Part shown: positions 1 through 10,608 of the stretch, piece by piece | How positions within the stretch are numbered: position 1 is the first letter of the stretch | Layout: each line of letters opens with the position of its first letter | Virus record (IMG/VR): IMGVR_UViG_3300031787_007614 | Coordinates: 248,001 to 312,000 of that record | Length of the DNA: 64,000 bases | Strand: one strand, 5' to 3' | Position numbers and translations under genes: made by a program | The notes under the pieces: generated by a model | The model's database searches: none | What the model was told of the DNA's origin: nothing | Seen by the model: the letters and a program-made list of their open reading frames with translations, nothing else

Positions 1-3000
1 ACCAGTAACAATATTACCGCCAGTTACATTACCTTGCGCACTTACTGTGCCGCCTGCTGTGACATTGGTTGTTGCACTAACAATACTGCCGTTGACATTG
101 CCACCAGTTACATTACCTGTTGCACTTACTTCACCAGCTGTTGTGATATTGCCGCCAGTGACATTACCAGTTGCTGTTACCAAACCAACTGTGCGTAAAT
201 TGCCACCAGTTACGTTGCCAGTGATTGCAGCCAAACCACCAGTGACCAAATTGCCACCTGACACATTGGCTGTGGCTGTTACTCCACCGCTAACTGTTAA
301 GTTGCCGCCATCAATGTTGCCTGTAGCACTAAGTCCAGCACCTTGTACCAAAGTGGTAGCAACCACATTACCACCTGCAACGTTGGCAGTAGAAACAATG
401 TTGCCTGTGGCTGTGATCAATCCACCTGTGACAATGTTGCCACCAATCACGTTGCCAGTAGCTGATATTGCTGTTGTGGCAGAAATCAATGCACCTTGCA
501 GATTACCACCAAAAATGTTGCCTGTGGCTGTGATTGTGCCACCTGTCAGCAAGTTGCCACCGTCAATGTTGCCTGTGGCTGAAACTAACCCTGCTGTGCG
601 TAGATTTCCACTATCAACGTTACCAGTTACACTCAAGCTAGGTAAAGTACCAATTGCAGTGGCAACCACGCCAGTTAACAAACTACCATTACCAGCATAG
701 TAGCCGGCACTGATGTTGCCTGTGGTTGTGACGTTAGAAGTAGAGTTCAATGCACTCTGAACATTACCACTCAAACTCAATCCTGCGGCATTCAAATTAC
801 CGCCTGTGATGTTGCCAGTTGCCAGGATCAAACCTGCAGTTGATACATTTCCACCAACTACGTTGCCTGTGGCTGACAAAATACCACCAGTGATGTTGCC
901 ACCAGTGATGTTGCCAGTTGCACTTACTATGCCCGCTGTGGTTAAATTTCCAGTGGCTGTGTTAGCAGTTACATTCAGTCCAGATGCACTGATTGTTCCT
1001 GTGGTGTCAATATTTCCGCCGGTGATATTGCCAGTTGCTACAATCAAACCAGTTGCACTAATTGCTCCGCCAGTAAGAATATTACCACCAGTGATATTGG
1101 CTGTTGCGCTAACTGTGGTTGCTGTTAAGATACCAGTACCAACATTGCCACCAGTGATGTTGCCTGTGGCACTAACTTGTCCAACAGTTCTAACATTACC
1201 ACCTGTGACATTGCCTGCGGCACTGATCAATCCTGCTGTGGTCACGTTGCCGGCTGCTATGGTAGCAGTAGAAGTTACAGATGCTGCTGCCAATGCACCA
1301 ACCACAAATGTACCGTAGCTGTTGACTGTGACAATTTCGTTAGCAATGCTTACGTTGCTGGCTGCAATCAAATTGCCTGTGGAGTTTTGATAACCAATAA
1401 ACGCTGAATTCTCAGCAGTGGTATAATACCACATTTGTTCGCCACGATCTTTGTTATCGTTGACTGTAAGAGGTGTGTTGTTGGCACCACGGCCTAATCC
1501 AATAATTGGATCTTGAACATTTAAGTCTGTGATGTTAATGTAGATAACATTGCCATCAACAGTCAAGTCACCACCCACAACTGCATTACCAGTGATGTTA
1601 AGTGTGGCGCCGTTGACTGTTCCAACTGTGATTAAATTACCGCCAATGACGTTGGCTGCGGCACTGATCAATCCACCTGTGACCAAATTGCCACCAGTTA
1701 CATTGCCTGTAGCAGTTACTATACCACCTGTGAGCAAATTGCCACCTGTGATATTGGCCAGTGCACTGATGTTACCACCGGTGATGCCTGGTCCAACTAT
1801 GATATTTTCAGCAATAACAGTGTTTGTGCTAGTGATATTTCCAGCTGTTCCAATATTGCCGCCAGTGATATTACCAGTTGCTGAAACTGTATTAGTAGAC
1901 AACAACACACCCGAAACTGCAATATTGCCGCCGGTGATGTTACCAGTGCCTGTTACTATACCAGTGCCAAAATATACATTACCATTGAACGCCGCGCCAT
2001 TAACATTGCCGCCTGTGCTGATTTGAGTACCAACTCCGCCGCCCAATATGTTACCGCCGGTGATGTTGCCAGTTGCAGAAATCAATCCAGCAGTGGTAAT
2101 ATTGCCGCCAGTGACATTGGCAGTTGCAATGATATTACTACCGCTTAATATATTACCTGTGGCACTTATGATGCTACCAGCAACAATGTTGCCAGTACCT
2201 GGGCCATTAGTAACTGTTAAATTACCAACTTGTGCATCACCATTACCAAGTAATTTGAATGTGCCAAACAAAATGTTGCCACCGGTGATGTTGCCCACGG
2301 CACTAACTTGTTCCAATGCATTCAAGTTGCCAGTTACAGTATTGCCAGTTACACTCACACTTGGCAGTGTACCAATGCTGGTGGCCACAACGCCAGTTAA
2401 CAGAGCACCATTGCCTAACACGTATCCACCGCTGATGTTGGCAGTGGTTGTGATATTTGCCGCGCTGGTCAATGCACTTACAACATTGCCACTTAGACTC
2501 AAGCCGGTAGCATTCAAATTGCCGCCAGTGATGTTGCCAGTTGCAGAAATCAATCCAGCAGTTAATAAATTACCACCAGTTACGTTACCTGTAATATTGG
2601 CTGTAGTAGAAACTACCAATGCAGCTATGTTACCAGTTCCAATAGTTACCAAATTGCCACCGGTTACATTACCAGTAGCACTGATCAGTCCAGTTACAAA
2701 CGCACCAGTATTGGCAAACACTGCCACATTGGCAATACCACCAACAGAAATGTTGGCGTTACCACCAGTGACACCAATATTGGCTTCTGTAGTACCGTTA
2801 GCAATCTTTGTAGGAGTACCGGCTGCAATGCCTGACAGCAATGCACCGTTACCCAAAATGTAATTACCAGCTACGTTACCTGATGCGCTGACATTGCCAA
2901 CTGTGGTCAAATTGCCACCGCTGACATTGCCTGTTGCAACAACAACACCAGTTGCACTCAATGTTGTTGCTGTGATAACGTTGGCACCAGTAATGTTGCC

Positions 3001-6000
3001 GCCAGCGCCTGTGGTAACAATGTTGCCACCTGTGACGTTACCAGTTGCAGAAACTACGCCAGCAGTCAACAAATTGCCACCAGTTACGTTACCAGTTACA
3101 ATTGCAGTGCCGCTTGTGACTATGCTTGCTACGTTGGCCGTACCAGCTGTTACCAAATTACCACCAGTTACGTTGGCAGTTACTGATACTGTGGTACCTG
3201 TGTGAGTGGTTGCGTTGACATTGGCGCCACCTAAGATATTGCCACCAGTGATGTTGCCAGTTACCGAGACTGTAGTACCTGTGTGAGTGGTTGCATTAAC
3301 GTTAGCACCACCTAAGATATTGCCACCAGTGATGTTGCCAGTAGCACTTACTTGTCCTGCTGTGGTTAGATTGCCACCAGTCACGTTGGCAGTTACTGAT
3401 ACTGTAGTACCTGTGTGGGTAGTTGCGTTGACATTAGCACCACCTAAAATATTACCACCAGTGATGTTGCCAACAGCACTAAATGCGCCAGACGCTGTGA
3501 CTATACCTGTACCATTTGGTGCCAACGCAATGTTGCCGTTGCTACCTGTAATAATTGTTAAAGCACCAGTGTCTACAATATTGCCAGCAATATTCAAGTT
3601 ACCACCAGTAATGTTACCAGTAGCACTTATTTGACCTGCTGTAGTTAGATTGCCACCTGACACGTTGGCAGTTACACTGACTGTGGTACCTGTGTGAGTT
3701 GTGGCGTTAACGTTAGCGCCACCCATGATGTTGCCACCAGTTACATTGCCTGTAGCACTTACTTCGCCAGCTGTGGTCAAATTACCACCTGACACGTTGG
3801 CTGTAGCAACAACTTGTCCTGCTGTGGTCAAATTACCACCTGACACATTGCCTGTAGCACTGATCAAGCCAGTAACATATTCGCCAGTTGCAGCATATAC
3901 CGCCACATTGGCAGTTCCGCCAACCCCAACTGCTACGTTGCCACCTGAGCTTACAATAGAAACATTTGATGTTCCGCTGACAATTTGTGTGGGTGTACCT
4001 GTTGCAACGCCTGTCAACAATGCACCATTACCAACAAAGTAATTGCCAGTCACGTTGCCTGTGGCACTGACTTGACCAACTGTGGTCACGTTGCCAGCTA
4101 TCACATTTCCTTGTGCAGATACAACTCCCAACACAGTCATTGTGTTGGAGTCTGTGTTATATGTAAATCCTGCTACTGCGCCAGCATTGCCATTGGCGTT
4201 GTAAAGCACTTGTGTGTTTGAACCAGGAACAGTTAAGTTACCAGTAATGTTGCCGGCAAAGTTACCCACAAAGTAACCTGTAGTGATAATATTACCTGCG
4301 GCACTTACTGTACCTTGAGTGCGTATGTTTGCGCCGTCAATGTTGCCTGTAGCAGTGATCAATCCTGCTGTGGTCAAGTTTCCACCAGTTACGTTGGCAG
4401 TTACTGATACTGTAGTACCTGTGTGAGTGGTTGCATTAACATTAGCACCACCTAAGATATTACCACCGGTGATGTTACCAGTTGCACTAATCAGACCACC
4501 TGTGGTCAAGTTTCCACCTGACACATTGGCTGCTGAAGTAATATTGCCTGTTGCGCTTACTTGTCCTGCTGTGGTTAAATTGCCACCTGACACATTAGCA
4601 GTAGCAACCACTTGGCCGCCTGTGTTTACATTCCCACCTGTGATGTTGCCCGAAGCACTGATTACTGTGCCAGTTACGCTTTGAGTTGTATTAATGTTGT
4701 TAGCAATAACGTTGCCAGCAACGCTGACCAAACCAGTTGAAACTAAATTTCCGCCACTGACATTGGCAGTTGTGATAATATTAGCAGTTTCAGTACCACT
4801 GGCCAAGTATGTTGAAACATCTGAGTTGGCATATCCTGCTGGCAAGCCAGTCAACGCACTGCCATTACCTAAAATGTATCCGCCACTGATGTTGGCTGTG
4901 GTTGTTATATTTGCCGCAGACACTAATGCACTGACAACGTTGCCACTTAGGCTCAAGCCTGTGGCATTCAAGTTACCACCAGTGACGTTACCAGTAGCTG
5001 TAACCTGCCCTGCTGTGCGTAGATTACCGCCATCTATGTTGCCAGTGACTGAAACATTGCCCACGGTCAATAGGTTATCATCAGTCCGGTAGGTGAGATC
5101 CACATCCGCCCGTGCTATCTGAGCTGTGGTGCGATTCTCTACAAACGTAGGGTAGTAAATGGTTGTTAGGCCGTTTGTGTCTGTTACATCAACAGTTACG
5201 GAATTGACCCCTGTGAGTTGTGAGCCATTACCTAAAATGTAGTTGCCTGAAATGTTAGCAGTAGTTGTAATATTGGCTGCTGAAACTAACGCACTAACAA
5301 CGTTACCACTCAAGCTCAATCCTGTGGCATTTAAATTACCACCTGACACATTGCCAGTTGCTGATATCAGTCCAACAGTGCGTAAGTTGCCACCATCAAT
5401 ATTGGCAGTTACACTCAATGATCCGAGTGTACCAACACTTGTGATATTAGGTTGTGCGGCTGTGCTCAATGTACCGGCAACATTGCCGCCACTGATGTTG
5501 GCAGTGGTTGTTATGTTGCCTGTTCCGCTAATAACATTTGACCCTAACGCGGCCAATAATGTTGTAACATTTGAATCTGCATAGCTGGCAGGTAAACCGG
5601 TCAGTTGACTACCATTACCAATAAAGTAGTTTGCTGTTACGTTACCAGCAACACTCATTCCTGTTGAGGCAAAAGTATAAACGTTGGTCACGCCACCAAT
5701 GTTACCAACCACGTTGCCGTTGGCCACAGGAATATTAAATTCTGTTGTGCCGTTTGAAAGTTTGCTTGCTGATCCAACATTTGAGCTGGCAGTAACGCCA
5801 GTAAGTCCAGCACCGTTACCAATGAAAATACCGTTGACAACTTGTATGTTGCCGTTGGCAAGTAGTGCGCCAATGTTGCCCGAGTAGGTTGGCAAATATG
5901 CCTGAACATTAGCGTTTGAATATGTTGCTGGCAAGCCAGTCAGTTGACTACCATTACCTAATATATAACTGCCGGTGATGTTGCCTGAAGTACTAACTGT

Positions 6001-6870
6001 GGCAGCAGTTACTGCTCCACTCACTCCAACGTTGCCGCCACCTAGGTTACCAGTGTAGGTTGGCAGGTATGCAGCAACGTTTGAATTGCCGTATGTTGCA
6101 GGCAAGCCAGTCAGTTGGCTACCATTACCAAACACATATCCAGCAGTGATGTTACCAGTAGTTGATATTGGGTTGGTGCCTAGTGCAGCCAAATTAGCCA
6201 CAACATTGGCATTGCCGTATGTTGCAGGCAAGCCAGTCAGTTGTGAACCATTACCTAAAACATAAGTGCCCTGAACATTGCCAGTAGTGATAATGTTGCT
6301 AGTGTCTGCGCCACTGGCAAGATAAGATGCCACATTGGCATTGCCATAACTTGTGAGCGTACCGCCACCGCTGATTACAGTTTGTTGACCACTTTCGTTG
6401 GTCATTATAACAGCAGTTGAGTTGGCACTGATTGTGGCATTGCCTAGGAAAATAGTGCTGTTGGAAAGATAAAGATCGTTGAACTGTGCTGTTGGGCTGC
6501 CAAGGCTGTAGGTTAGATTGGCAGCAGGAAGAATATTGGCTTTGACTGTGACTGTGTTGGTTCCAACCACAACCACATTACCGGTGCCAGCAATACCAAC
6601 AGTGACATTGCCGCCTGAACTTACAACAGCAACGTTAGATGTTCCACTTTCAATAGCAGTTGAATTGCCGGTGGCAAGCCCAGTTAACTGTGAACCGTTA
6701 CCAATAAAATACGTACCGTAAACATTGCCACTAGCAACAATGTTATTGGCAGCAGTGATACTGCCTACACCCAAAATATCATTGTTGGTCAACAGCAAAT
6801 TATCGCCACTGGCCAGCTCTTGAATCTGTGCGCTACCTGTGTTTACTACTAACGGAATCTTGTTTGCCAT
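1..6870 (-). CDS. Giant Gly/Asn/Thr-rich repeat fibre protein, >2290 aa, 3' end outside window (not in ORF track)
   Basis: ATG at 6870 gives MANKIPLVVNTGSAQIQELASGDNLLLTNNDI. The frame is still open at position 1 (…GNVTGGNIVTG), and the track lists no stop-terminated ORF from this start. It has dozens of GN(V/I)TGGN(L/I) and F(L/I)GNGSQLTG repeats, which also occur in the fibre at 60928. Confidence 0.9.
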   Translation of the reverse strand, partial: MANKIPLVVNTGSAQIQELASGDNLLLTNNDILGVGSITAANNIVASGNVYGTYFIGNGSQLTGLATGNSTAIESGTSNVAVVSSGGNVTVGIAGTGNVVVVGTNTVTVKANILPAANLTYSLGSPTAQFNDLYLSNSTIFLGNATISANSTAVIMTNESGQQTVISGGGTLTSYGNANVASYLASGADTSNIITTGNVQGTYVLGNGSQLTGLPATYGNANVVANLAALGTNPISTTGNITAGYVFGNGSQLTGLPATYGNSNVAAYLPTYTGNLGGGNVGVSGAVTAATVSTSGNITGSYILGNGSQLTGLPATYSNANVQAYLPTYSGNIGALLANGNIQVVNGIFIGNGAGLTGVTASSNVGSASKLSNGTTEFNIPVANGNVVGNIGGVTNVYTFASTGMSVAGNVTANYFIGNGSQLTGLPASYADSNVTTLLAALGSNVISGTGNITTTANISGGNVAGTLSTAAQPNITSVGTLGSLSVTANIDGGNLRTVGLISATGNVSGGNLNATGLSLSGNVVSALVSAANITTTANISGNYILGNGSQLTGVNSVTVDVTDTNGLTTIYYPTFVENRTTAQIARADVDLTYRTDDNLLTVGNVSVTGNIDGGNLRTAGQVTATGNVTGGNLNATGLSLSGNVVSALVSAANITTTANISGGYILGNGSALTGLPAGYANSDVSTYLASGTETANIITTANVSGGNLVSTGLVSVAGNVIANNINTTQSVTGTVISASGNITGGNVNTGGQVVATANVSGGNLTTAGQVSATGNITSAANVSGGNLTTGGLISATGNITGGNILGGANVNATTHTGTTVSVTANVTGGNLTTAGLITATGNIDGANIRTQGTVSAAGNIITTGYFVGNFAGNITGNLTVPGSNTQVLYNANGNAGAVAGFTYNTDSNTMTVLGVVSAQGNVIAGNVTTVGQVSATGNVTGNYFVGNGALLTGVATGTPTQIVSGTSNVSIVSSGGNVAVGVGGTANVAVYAATGEYVTGLISATGNVSGGNLTTAGQVVATANVSGGNLTTAGEVSATGNVTGGNIMGGANVNATTHTGTTVSVTANVSGGNLTTAGQISATGNITGGNLNIAGNIVDTGALTIITGSNGNIALAPNGTGIVTASGAFSAVGNITGGNILGGANVNATTHTGTTVSVTANVTGGNLTTAGQVSATGNITGGNILGGANVNATTHTGTTVSVTGNITGGNILGGANVNATTHTGTTVSVTANVTGGNLVTAGTANVASIVTSGTAIVTGNVTGGNLLTAGVVSATGNVTGGNIVTTGAGGNITGANVITATTLSATGVVVATGNVSGGNLTTVGNVSASGNVAGNYILGNGALLSGIAAGTPTKIANGTTEANIGVTGGNANISVGGIANVAVFANTGAFVTGLISATGNVTGGNLVTIGTGNIAALVVSTTANITGNVTGGNLLTAGLISATGNITGGNLNATGLSLSGNVVSALTSAANITTTANISGGYVLGNGALLTGVVATSIGTLPSVSVTGNTVTGNLNALEQVSAVGNITGGNILFGTFKLLGNGDAQVGNLTVTNGPGTGNIVAGSIISATGNILSGSNIIATANVTGGNITTAGLISATGNITGGNILGGGVGTQISTGGNVNGAAFNGNVYFGTGIVTGTGNITGGNIAVSGVLLSTNTVSATGNITGGNIGTAGNITSTNTVIAENIIVGPGITGGNISALANITGGNLLTGGIVTATGNVTGGNLVTGGLISAAANVIGGNLITVGTVNGATLNITGNAVVGGDLTVDGNVIYINITDLNVQDPIIGLGRGANNTPLTVNDNKDRGEQMWYYTTAENSAFIGYQNSTGNLIAASNVSIANEIVTVNSYGTFVVGALAAASVTSTATIAAGNVTTAGLISAAGNVTGGNVRTVGQVSATGNITGGNVGTGILTATTVSATANITGGNILTGGAISATGLIVATGNITGGNIDTTGTISASGLNVTANTATGNLTTAGIVSATGNITGGNITGGILSATGNVVGGNVSTAGLILATGNITGGNLNAAGLSLSGNVQSALNSTSNVTTTGNISAGYYAGNGSLLTGVVATAIGTLPSLSVTGNVDSGNLRTAGLVSATGNIDGGNLLTGGTITATGNIFGGNLQGALISATTAISATGNVIGGNIVTGGLITATGNIVSTANVAGGNVVATTLVQGAGLSATGNIDGGNLTVSGGVTATANVSGGNLVTGGLAAITGNVTGGNLRTVGLVTATGNVTGGNITTAGEVSATGNVTGGNVNGSIVSATTNVTAGGTVSAQGNVTGGNIVTG
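3159..3730 (-). repeat. Near-identical intragenic repeats of the fibre (unit GNITGGNILGGANVNATTHTGTTVSVT), further copy at ~4381-4480
   Basis: The DNA block gtacctgtgtgagtggttgc…ccacctaagatatt recurs near 3195, 3274, 3407, 3686 and 4415, mostly with synonymous differences. Confidence 0.8.
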
Positions 6871-6892
6871 TATCTTAATCCAATTTTATCAT

Positions 6893-7594
6893 TTATGTGG
6901 TATACACAACCACGTTGCCGGTGCGAGTCAAAACATTAAAACTGTTGTTACTGGACAATGGTACGGATACCGGAGTGGTTCTAGTGCCCACAGTTAGTGT
7001 TCTAGTAAAAACAGTGTTACCAATGTAAATATTGCCAGTGGCATTGATATTGCCGCCAGTAACGTTGCCCGAAGCACTGACCAAGCCAGTGCTGAAAATA
7101 TTTGCAGCTTGTAGGTTGCCGCTGAGAGTGAGGCCGTTGTTGTAAAACACAGCCACATTGCCAGTTCCGCCAATGCCAATTGTGACATTACCACCTGAAC
7201 TGCGAACAGCTACATTTGATGTGCCGTTAGCAATGGCTGTGCCGTTGCCAGATCCACCAGCAATACCTGTAAGCAGGCTGCCGTTGCCCACAAAATACGA
7301 AGCATAAACTGTGTCAATTCGTTTGGTTGGCGATCCTATGTCATACACAGCATCAATTGAAGGCATGATGGAACTATTGGCCTGAATGTTTCCAATACCA
7401 TTGGCAGCCAGCACCAAATTGGAATTAAGACCGTTGACAGAAATTACATTGTTGGCAATAACAACATTGCTGCCAACAGGACCTGCGGCATAAATTTCTG
7501 TAAAATTGTCATTTACAGCATCGAATGCATCACGCAACGGCTCGCCCGTGCCATCATTGGCCGCGGCGCCGGTGTCAATTATTTGTTGTGCCAT
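6893..7594 (-). CDS. Virion protein with T4 gp9/gp10-like N-terminal domain plus short fibre repeats
   Basis: The N-terminus IDTGAAANDGTGEPLRDAFDAVNDNFTEIY matches the gp9/gp10 'DGTGD.LR....N.NF.E.Y' motif. GNGSLLTG and GNVTGGN repeats follow. Confidence 0.7.
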   Translation of the reverse strand: MAQQIIDTGAAANDGTGEPLRDAFDAVNDNFTEIYAAGPVGSNVVIANNVISVNGLNSNLVLAANGIGNIQANSSIMPSIDAVYDIGSPTKRIDTVYASYFVGNGSLLTGIAGGSGNGTAIANGTSNVAVRSSGGNVTIGIGGTGNVAVFYNNGLTLSGNLQAANIFSTGLVSASGNVTGGNINATGNIYIGNTVFTRTLTVGTRTTPVSVPLSSNNSFNVLTRTGNVVVYTT

Positions 7595-7644
7595 AGGTTT
7601 ACAGGATCCTCTGGTGTATTTACCATAAGACCCAGTTTACCGTT

Positions 7645-9159
7645 TTAGGCAACTTTGGTGAAAGTAAGGTAAGAACCTGTTTTAGCGGTTATTATACCGG
7701 TGGAATTTTGCAATCTCAAGGTCACTGCGGTATCTACTGTGTTGAAGAAAGTACCCGAAATTCTCAGTGTTCTAGCAACGGTGCCGGTGCTGGCATAAGT
7801 GGTTGCCACGTCATCACTTGTGGTTTTTGTAGCTGTGGCAAATGCAGACGTACCAGTGGTTTGAGTTTCTGTAGTGAAGTTACAGGTGCCTGATGAAAAA
7901 TTAACGCTTGGAGAAATGGTCATTGATCCGTCTGGGACCAGTGTAACATAACTCACAAAAGAATATCGATTGTTAGCAGCGGCTGTAAATGTCAATGTTC
8001 CAATGTTGGCCGGGGTAGCTGAAGAAATTGGAGCATCGCTAGATTGCACAACAAAATTTGGTACTCCAATACCGTTACCAGTCAGCAGGGTTCCAATACT
8101 GACGTTGGCGCCAGAAACATTTGATGTGATAACTGCGTTTCCAGCATTGACATTGGCTGTCAAGCTGGCTGTGGTACCAATAAACACGTTGCCGCTGGTA
8201 ATGTTACCAGTTGATGTGATAACACCTTGGCTGACCAAATTACCACCTGTAACGTTGCCAGTTGTGCTGATGCCGCCGGCTCCTGCGCCAATTGCACCAA
8301 CACTGATCAAATTGCCGCCGGTGATGTTACCTGTAGCTGTTATCAATCCAGCTGTGGCCACATTACCACCAGTTACATTGCCCGTGGCTGTTACCAACCC
8401 GGCTGTGCTTAGATTGCCGCCATCTATGTTGCCAACTATGGTCAATGTGCTGGATCCGTACATGGTGCCACTAACTGCAAATGTGTGCAATGGTGCAGTG
8501 TTGGCAATACCAACGTTGCCAGATGCTCCAATGATAGCAATACGAGTGGCTGCTGTGGTGTTGGCTGTTTGAATTAAAATATTGGCATTGCCAAGAGAGT
8601 CGGAGTACACAGCTCTGATGGCAGCGGTAACTCTAGATCCTGGTGCTGCATCAGATGTAAACCATTCAATTGCTCCAATGTTGGCACCAACTGTGGTAAT
8701 AGCAGTATTTGCATCAGAAAAACGCAGAATTCTGTCTGTAGTTGCACCTGAAGTATAACTTAAAATAATATTGCTTGATGCAACAATATTTCCACCACTG
8801 ACATTGCCTGTTGCTGAAATCAATCCAGCAGTTAATACGTTACCGCCTGTGACATTGCCAGTCACAGATTCTGTTCCTGTGATAACCACACCAGTGGTTG
8901 ACCAAACTGCCACATTGGACACACCACCTACTGAAATTACTGCATTGCCACTGGCAGTGGGAATAGCAATACTGGTGGTTCCGTTAAAGATATTATCGCC
9001 AGAAATATTACCTGTGAGTGCGGCATTGCCAGTCACTGAAAGGTTACCGTTGATCACAACCGTGGCTGCATTGGCTGTCAAGCCTTCAAAAGTTACTGTG
9101 TCGGTATTTCCTACGGATTGGAATACCAAATTGCCTGCGACACGATTGTAGGTAGTCAT
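7645..9159 (-). CDS. Fibre-like structural protein with GNVTGGN repeats
   Basis: 504-aa ORF with the same repeat family as the giant fibre, preceded by CATAAATA and an AAGGA SD. Confidence 0.75.
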   Translation of the reverse strand: MTTYNRVAGNLVFQSVGNTDTVTFEGLTANAATVVINGNLSVTGNAALTGNISGDNIFNGTTSIAIPTASGNAVISVGGVSNVAVWSTTGVVITGTESVTGNVTGGNVLTAGLISATGNVSGGNIVASSNIILSYTSGATTDRILRFSDANTAITTVGANIGAIEWFTSDAAPGSRVTAAIRAVYSDSLGNANILIQTANTTAATRIAIIGASGNVGIANTAPLHTFAVSGTMYGSSTLTIVGNIDGGNLSTAGLVTATGNVTGGNVATAGLITATGNITGGNLISVGAIGAGAGGISTTGNVTGGNLVSQGVITSTGNITSGNVFIGTTASLTANVNAGNAVITSNVSGANVSIGTLLTGNGIGVPNFVVQSSDAPISSATPANIGTLTFTAAANNRYSFVSYVTLVPDGSMTISPSVNFSSGTCNFTTETQTTGTSAFATATKTTSDDVATTYASTGTVARTLRISGTFFNTVDTAVTLRLQNSTGIITAKTGSYLTFTKVA

Positions 9160-9747
9160 TTAAAGATCCTTTGTGTTATTTATGCGGTTTTGAAAGTCTT
9201 CCATTTGCATGGCAGCTAGATTTTTAATGCCCCGTAACTCAGCAATTGCCGCTGTGGTTTTGCCCATTACCCGGAAAAATCCAACGTCTGGAAAGTCCTT
9301 GCACACTCTTTGCAGTTGTTTGACCCAATTTCCTGTGTAAGTTGGGCGGGCAGAGCTTTTTTTATAGAACTCAGTGTCTGCGTACACATTGTTAAATCGG
9401 TCCCCGGCTGTGGGACCCATATCAAATCCAATGAGATACACTGCACGATTTTGATCTATAGCCGCAAGAGCCACTGCAATGGGTCCTGAACTGAATCCAA
9501 AATAATCATCCGGGACTCTATGTGCTCCTAGTCCCGGTATGGGTTTTCGAGTGTACATCCTGTGTTCACTGGCATATCCACTGTGTTGAATGGATTCGCT
9601 AATGGGCTTGTCTGTGCTGACCAAAACCGTGGGTGCAAATTCTCGATACAATGCATTACATCCATAGATTGGACCAAGCTCTTTGAGAGTTTGCAAATTC
9701 AATTCTAACCGACTGACACCATTGCCTAATACAAAACCAAAACTCAT
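9160..9747 (-). CDS. Maf/DUF115 (MptE-like, sialyltransferase-like fold) putative glycosyltransferase
   Basis: Motifs VLGNGxSR, GCNALYR, LVSTD, SSGPIA and VYLIGFD occur in the order typical of Maf/DUF115 and GT29/GT42-like proteins. Confidence 0.6.
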   Translation of the reverse strand: MSFGFVLGNGVSRLELNLQTLKELGPIYGCNALYREFAPTVLVSTDKPISESIQHSGYASEHRMYTRKPIPGLGAHRVPDDYFGFSSGPIAVALAAIDQNRAVYLIGFDMGPTAGDRFNNVYADTEFYKKSSARPTYTGNWVKQLQRVCKDFPDVGFFRVMGKTTAAIAELRGIKNLAAMQMEDFQNRINNTKDL

Positions 9748-9779
9748 AAAAAATCCTCCTAGTAGTTATCTAGGAGGAT
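9748..9779 (-). terminator. 10-bp hairpin plus U-run; terminator of the 261-aa gene that also sequesters the SD of the Maf-like gene
   Basis: The minus strand reads ATCCTCCTAG-ATAACTA-CTAGGAGGAT-TTTTT-ATG. Confidence 0.75.
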
Positions 9780-9795
9780 CCAGGGGTTAAATCAA

Positions 9796-10581
9796 TTAAG
9801 AAGTAACGTTGTCAACAATGGCCAAGTCAAGCAGATTTTGTTGTCCGCTTTGTACTGTGCCTGAGTTTGCTGCACCAGTGGTACCTGATTTGATAACTGT
9901 ACCTTCGTCTGTAAAGAAGTTGGTTGCATAACGCTTGTCAGCCACAACGCTGGCAGGGTCATAGTTTGCGCCGCCAGTCCAATCCAACAAGAACTTGTTG
10001 GTCAATTTGGAGATAGTAGTAGCAGTAGAATCAGTAACTGTAAATGTGATAGCCATCAATCCAGCTGCTGGAGTAGTGTCATCGGCCAGTACACAAACAC
10101 CCACTGAGAATGCTGCGCCGTTGCCAGATCCACCAACAGAAGTTGCTGTGAAAATTGTGCCTAATCCAAAGTTACTAGGAGCACCGGCTGCGGTCCAGTT
10201 AGTTGTTGTTCCAACAACACTAATTTGATATGCTTGCCCAACTACAAAACTGCCGTCGTTAACGCCATTGGCATCACCAACTAGGTATTTGTGTGAACCT
10301 TTTTGACGGATAATATATCCATTAGCAACGCCAATACCGCTGCCGTCAGGGGCTGCAATGTTCACAATTACGTCAATTCTAGGATTGGTTGCCGAAGGCG
10401 TATCAGTGGGGGCTGCACCACCCACCACGCCAAGATATTCAGTAGCACTGAGTGTGTCGCCTGTGTTGGTCACAGGGGCAGTTAATGATCCAAAATTTGG
10501 AAAGCCAATGTCAACGCTAACGGCTGCGCCGCCGTTGCCTGAACCAGTGCTTGTTTTTTGTATTTTAAGAGGACGTCCCAT
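9796..10581 (-). CDS. Putative virion structural protein (MGRPL N-terminus)
   Basis: 261-aa Gly/Thr-rich ORF with a strong SD (AAGGAGA), an upstream TAAATA and its own terminator. Confidence 0.6.
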   Translation of the reverse strand: MGRPLKIQKTSTGSGNGGAAVSVDIGFPNFGSLTAPVTNTGDTLSATEYLGVVGGAAPTDTPSATNPRIDVIVNIAAPDGSGIGVANGYIIRQKGSHKYLVGDANGVNDGSFVVGQAYQISVVGTTTNWTAAGAPSNFGLGTIFTATSVGGSGNGAAFSVGVCVLADDTTPAAGLMAITFTVTDSTATTISKLTNKFLLDWTGGANYDPASVVADKRYATNFFTDEGTVIKSGTTGAANSGTVQSGQQNLLDLAIVDNVTS

Positions 10582-10608
10582 TTTTGTTTCTCCTTACAGA
10601 AGTCCGAT

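Noticed and set aside
3159-4480. Repeats as a CRISPR array or DGR template/variable pair
   Set aside because: They are in-frame coding repeats with mostly synonymous changes. There are no unique spacers, no adenine-specific pattern, and no RT or cas genes in the window.
47-6721. Many plus-strand 'LPPVTLPVA' ORFs in the track (also 7970-9151 and the minus-strand ORF at 61752-62267)
   Set aside because: They are antisense shadows of the GNVTGGN-repeat fibres, whose codon usage lacks reverse-strand stops. They have no SD or promoters.
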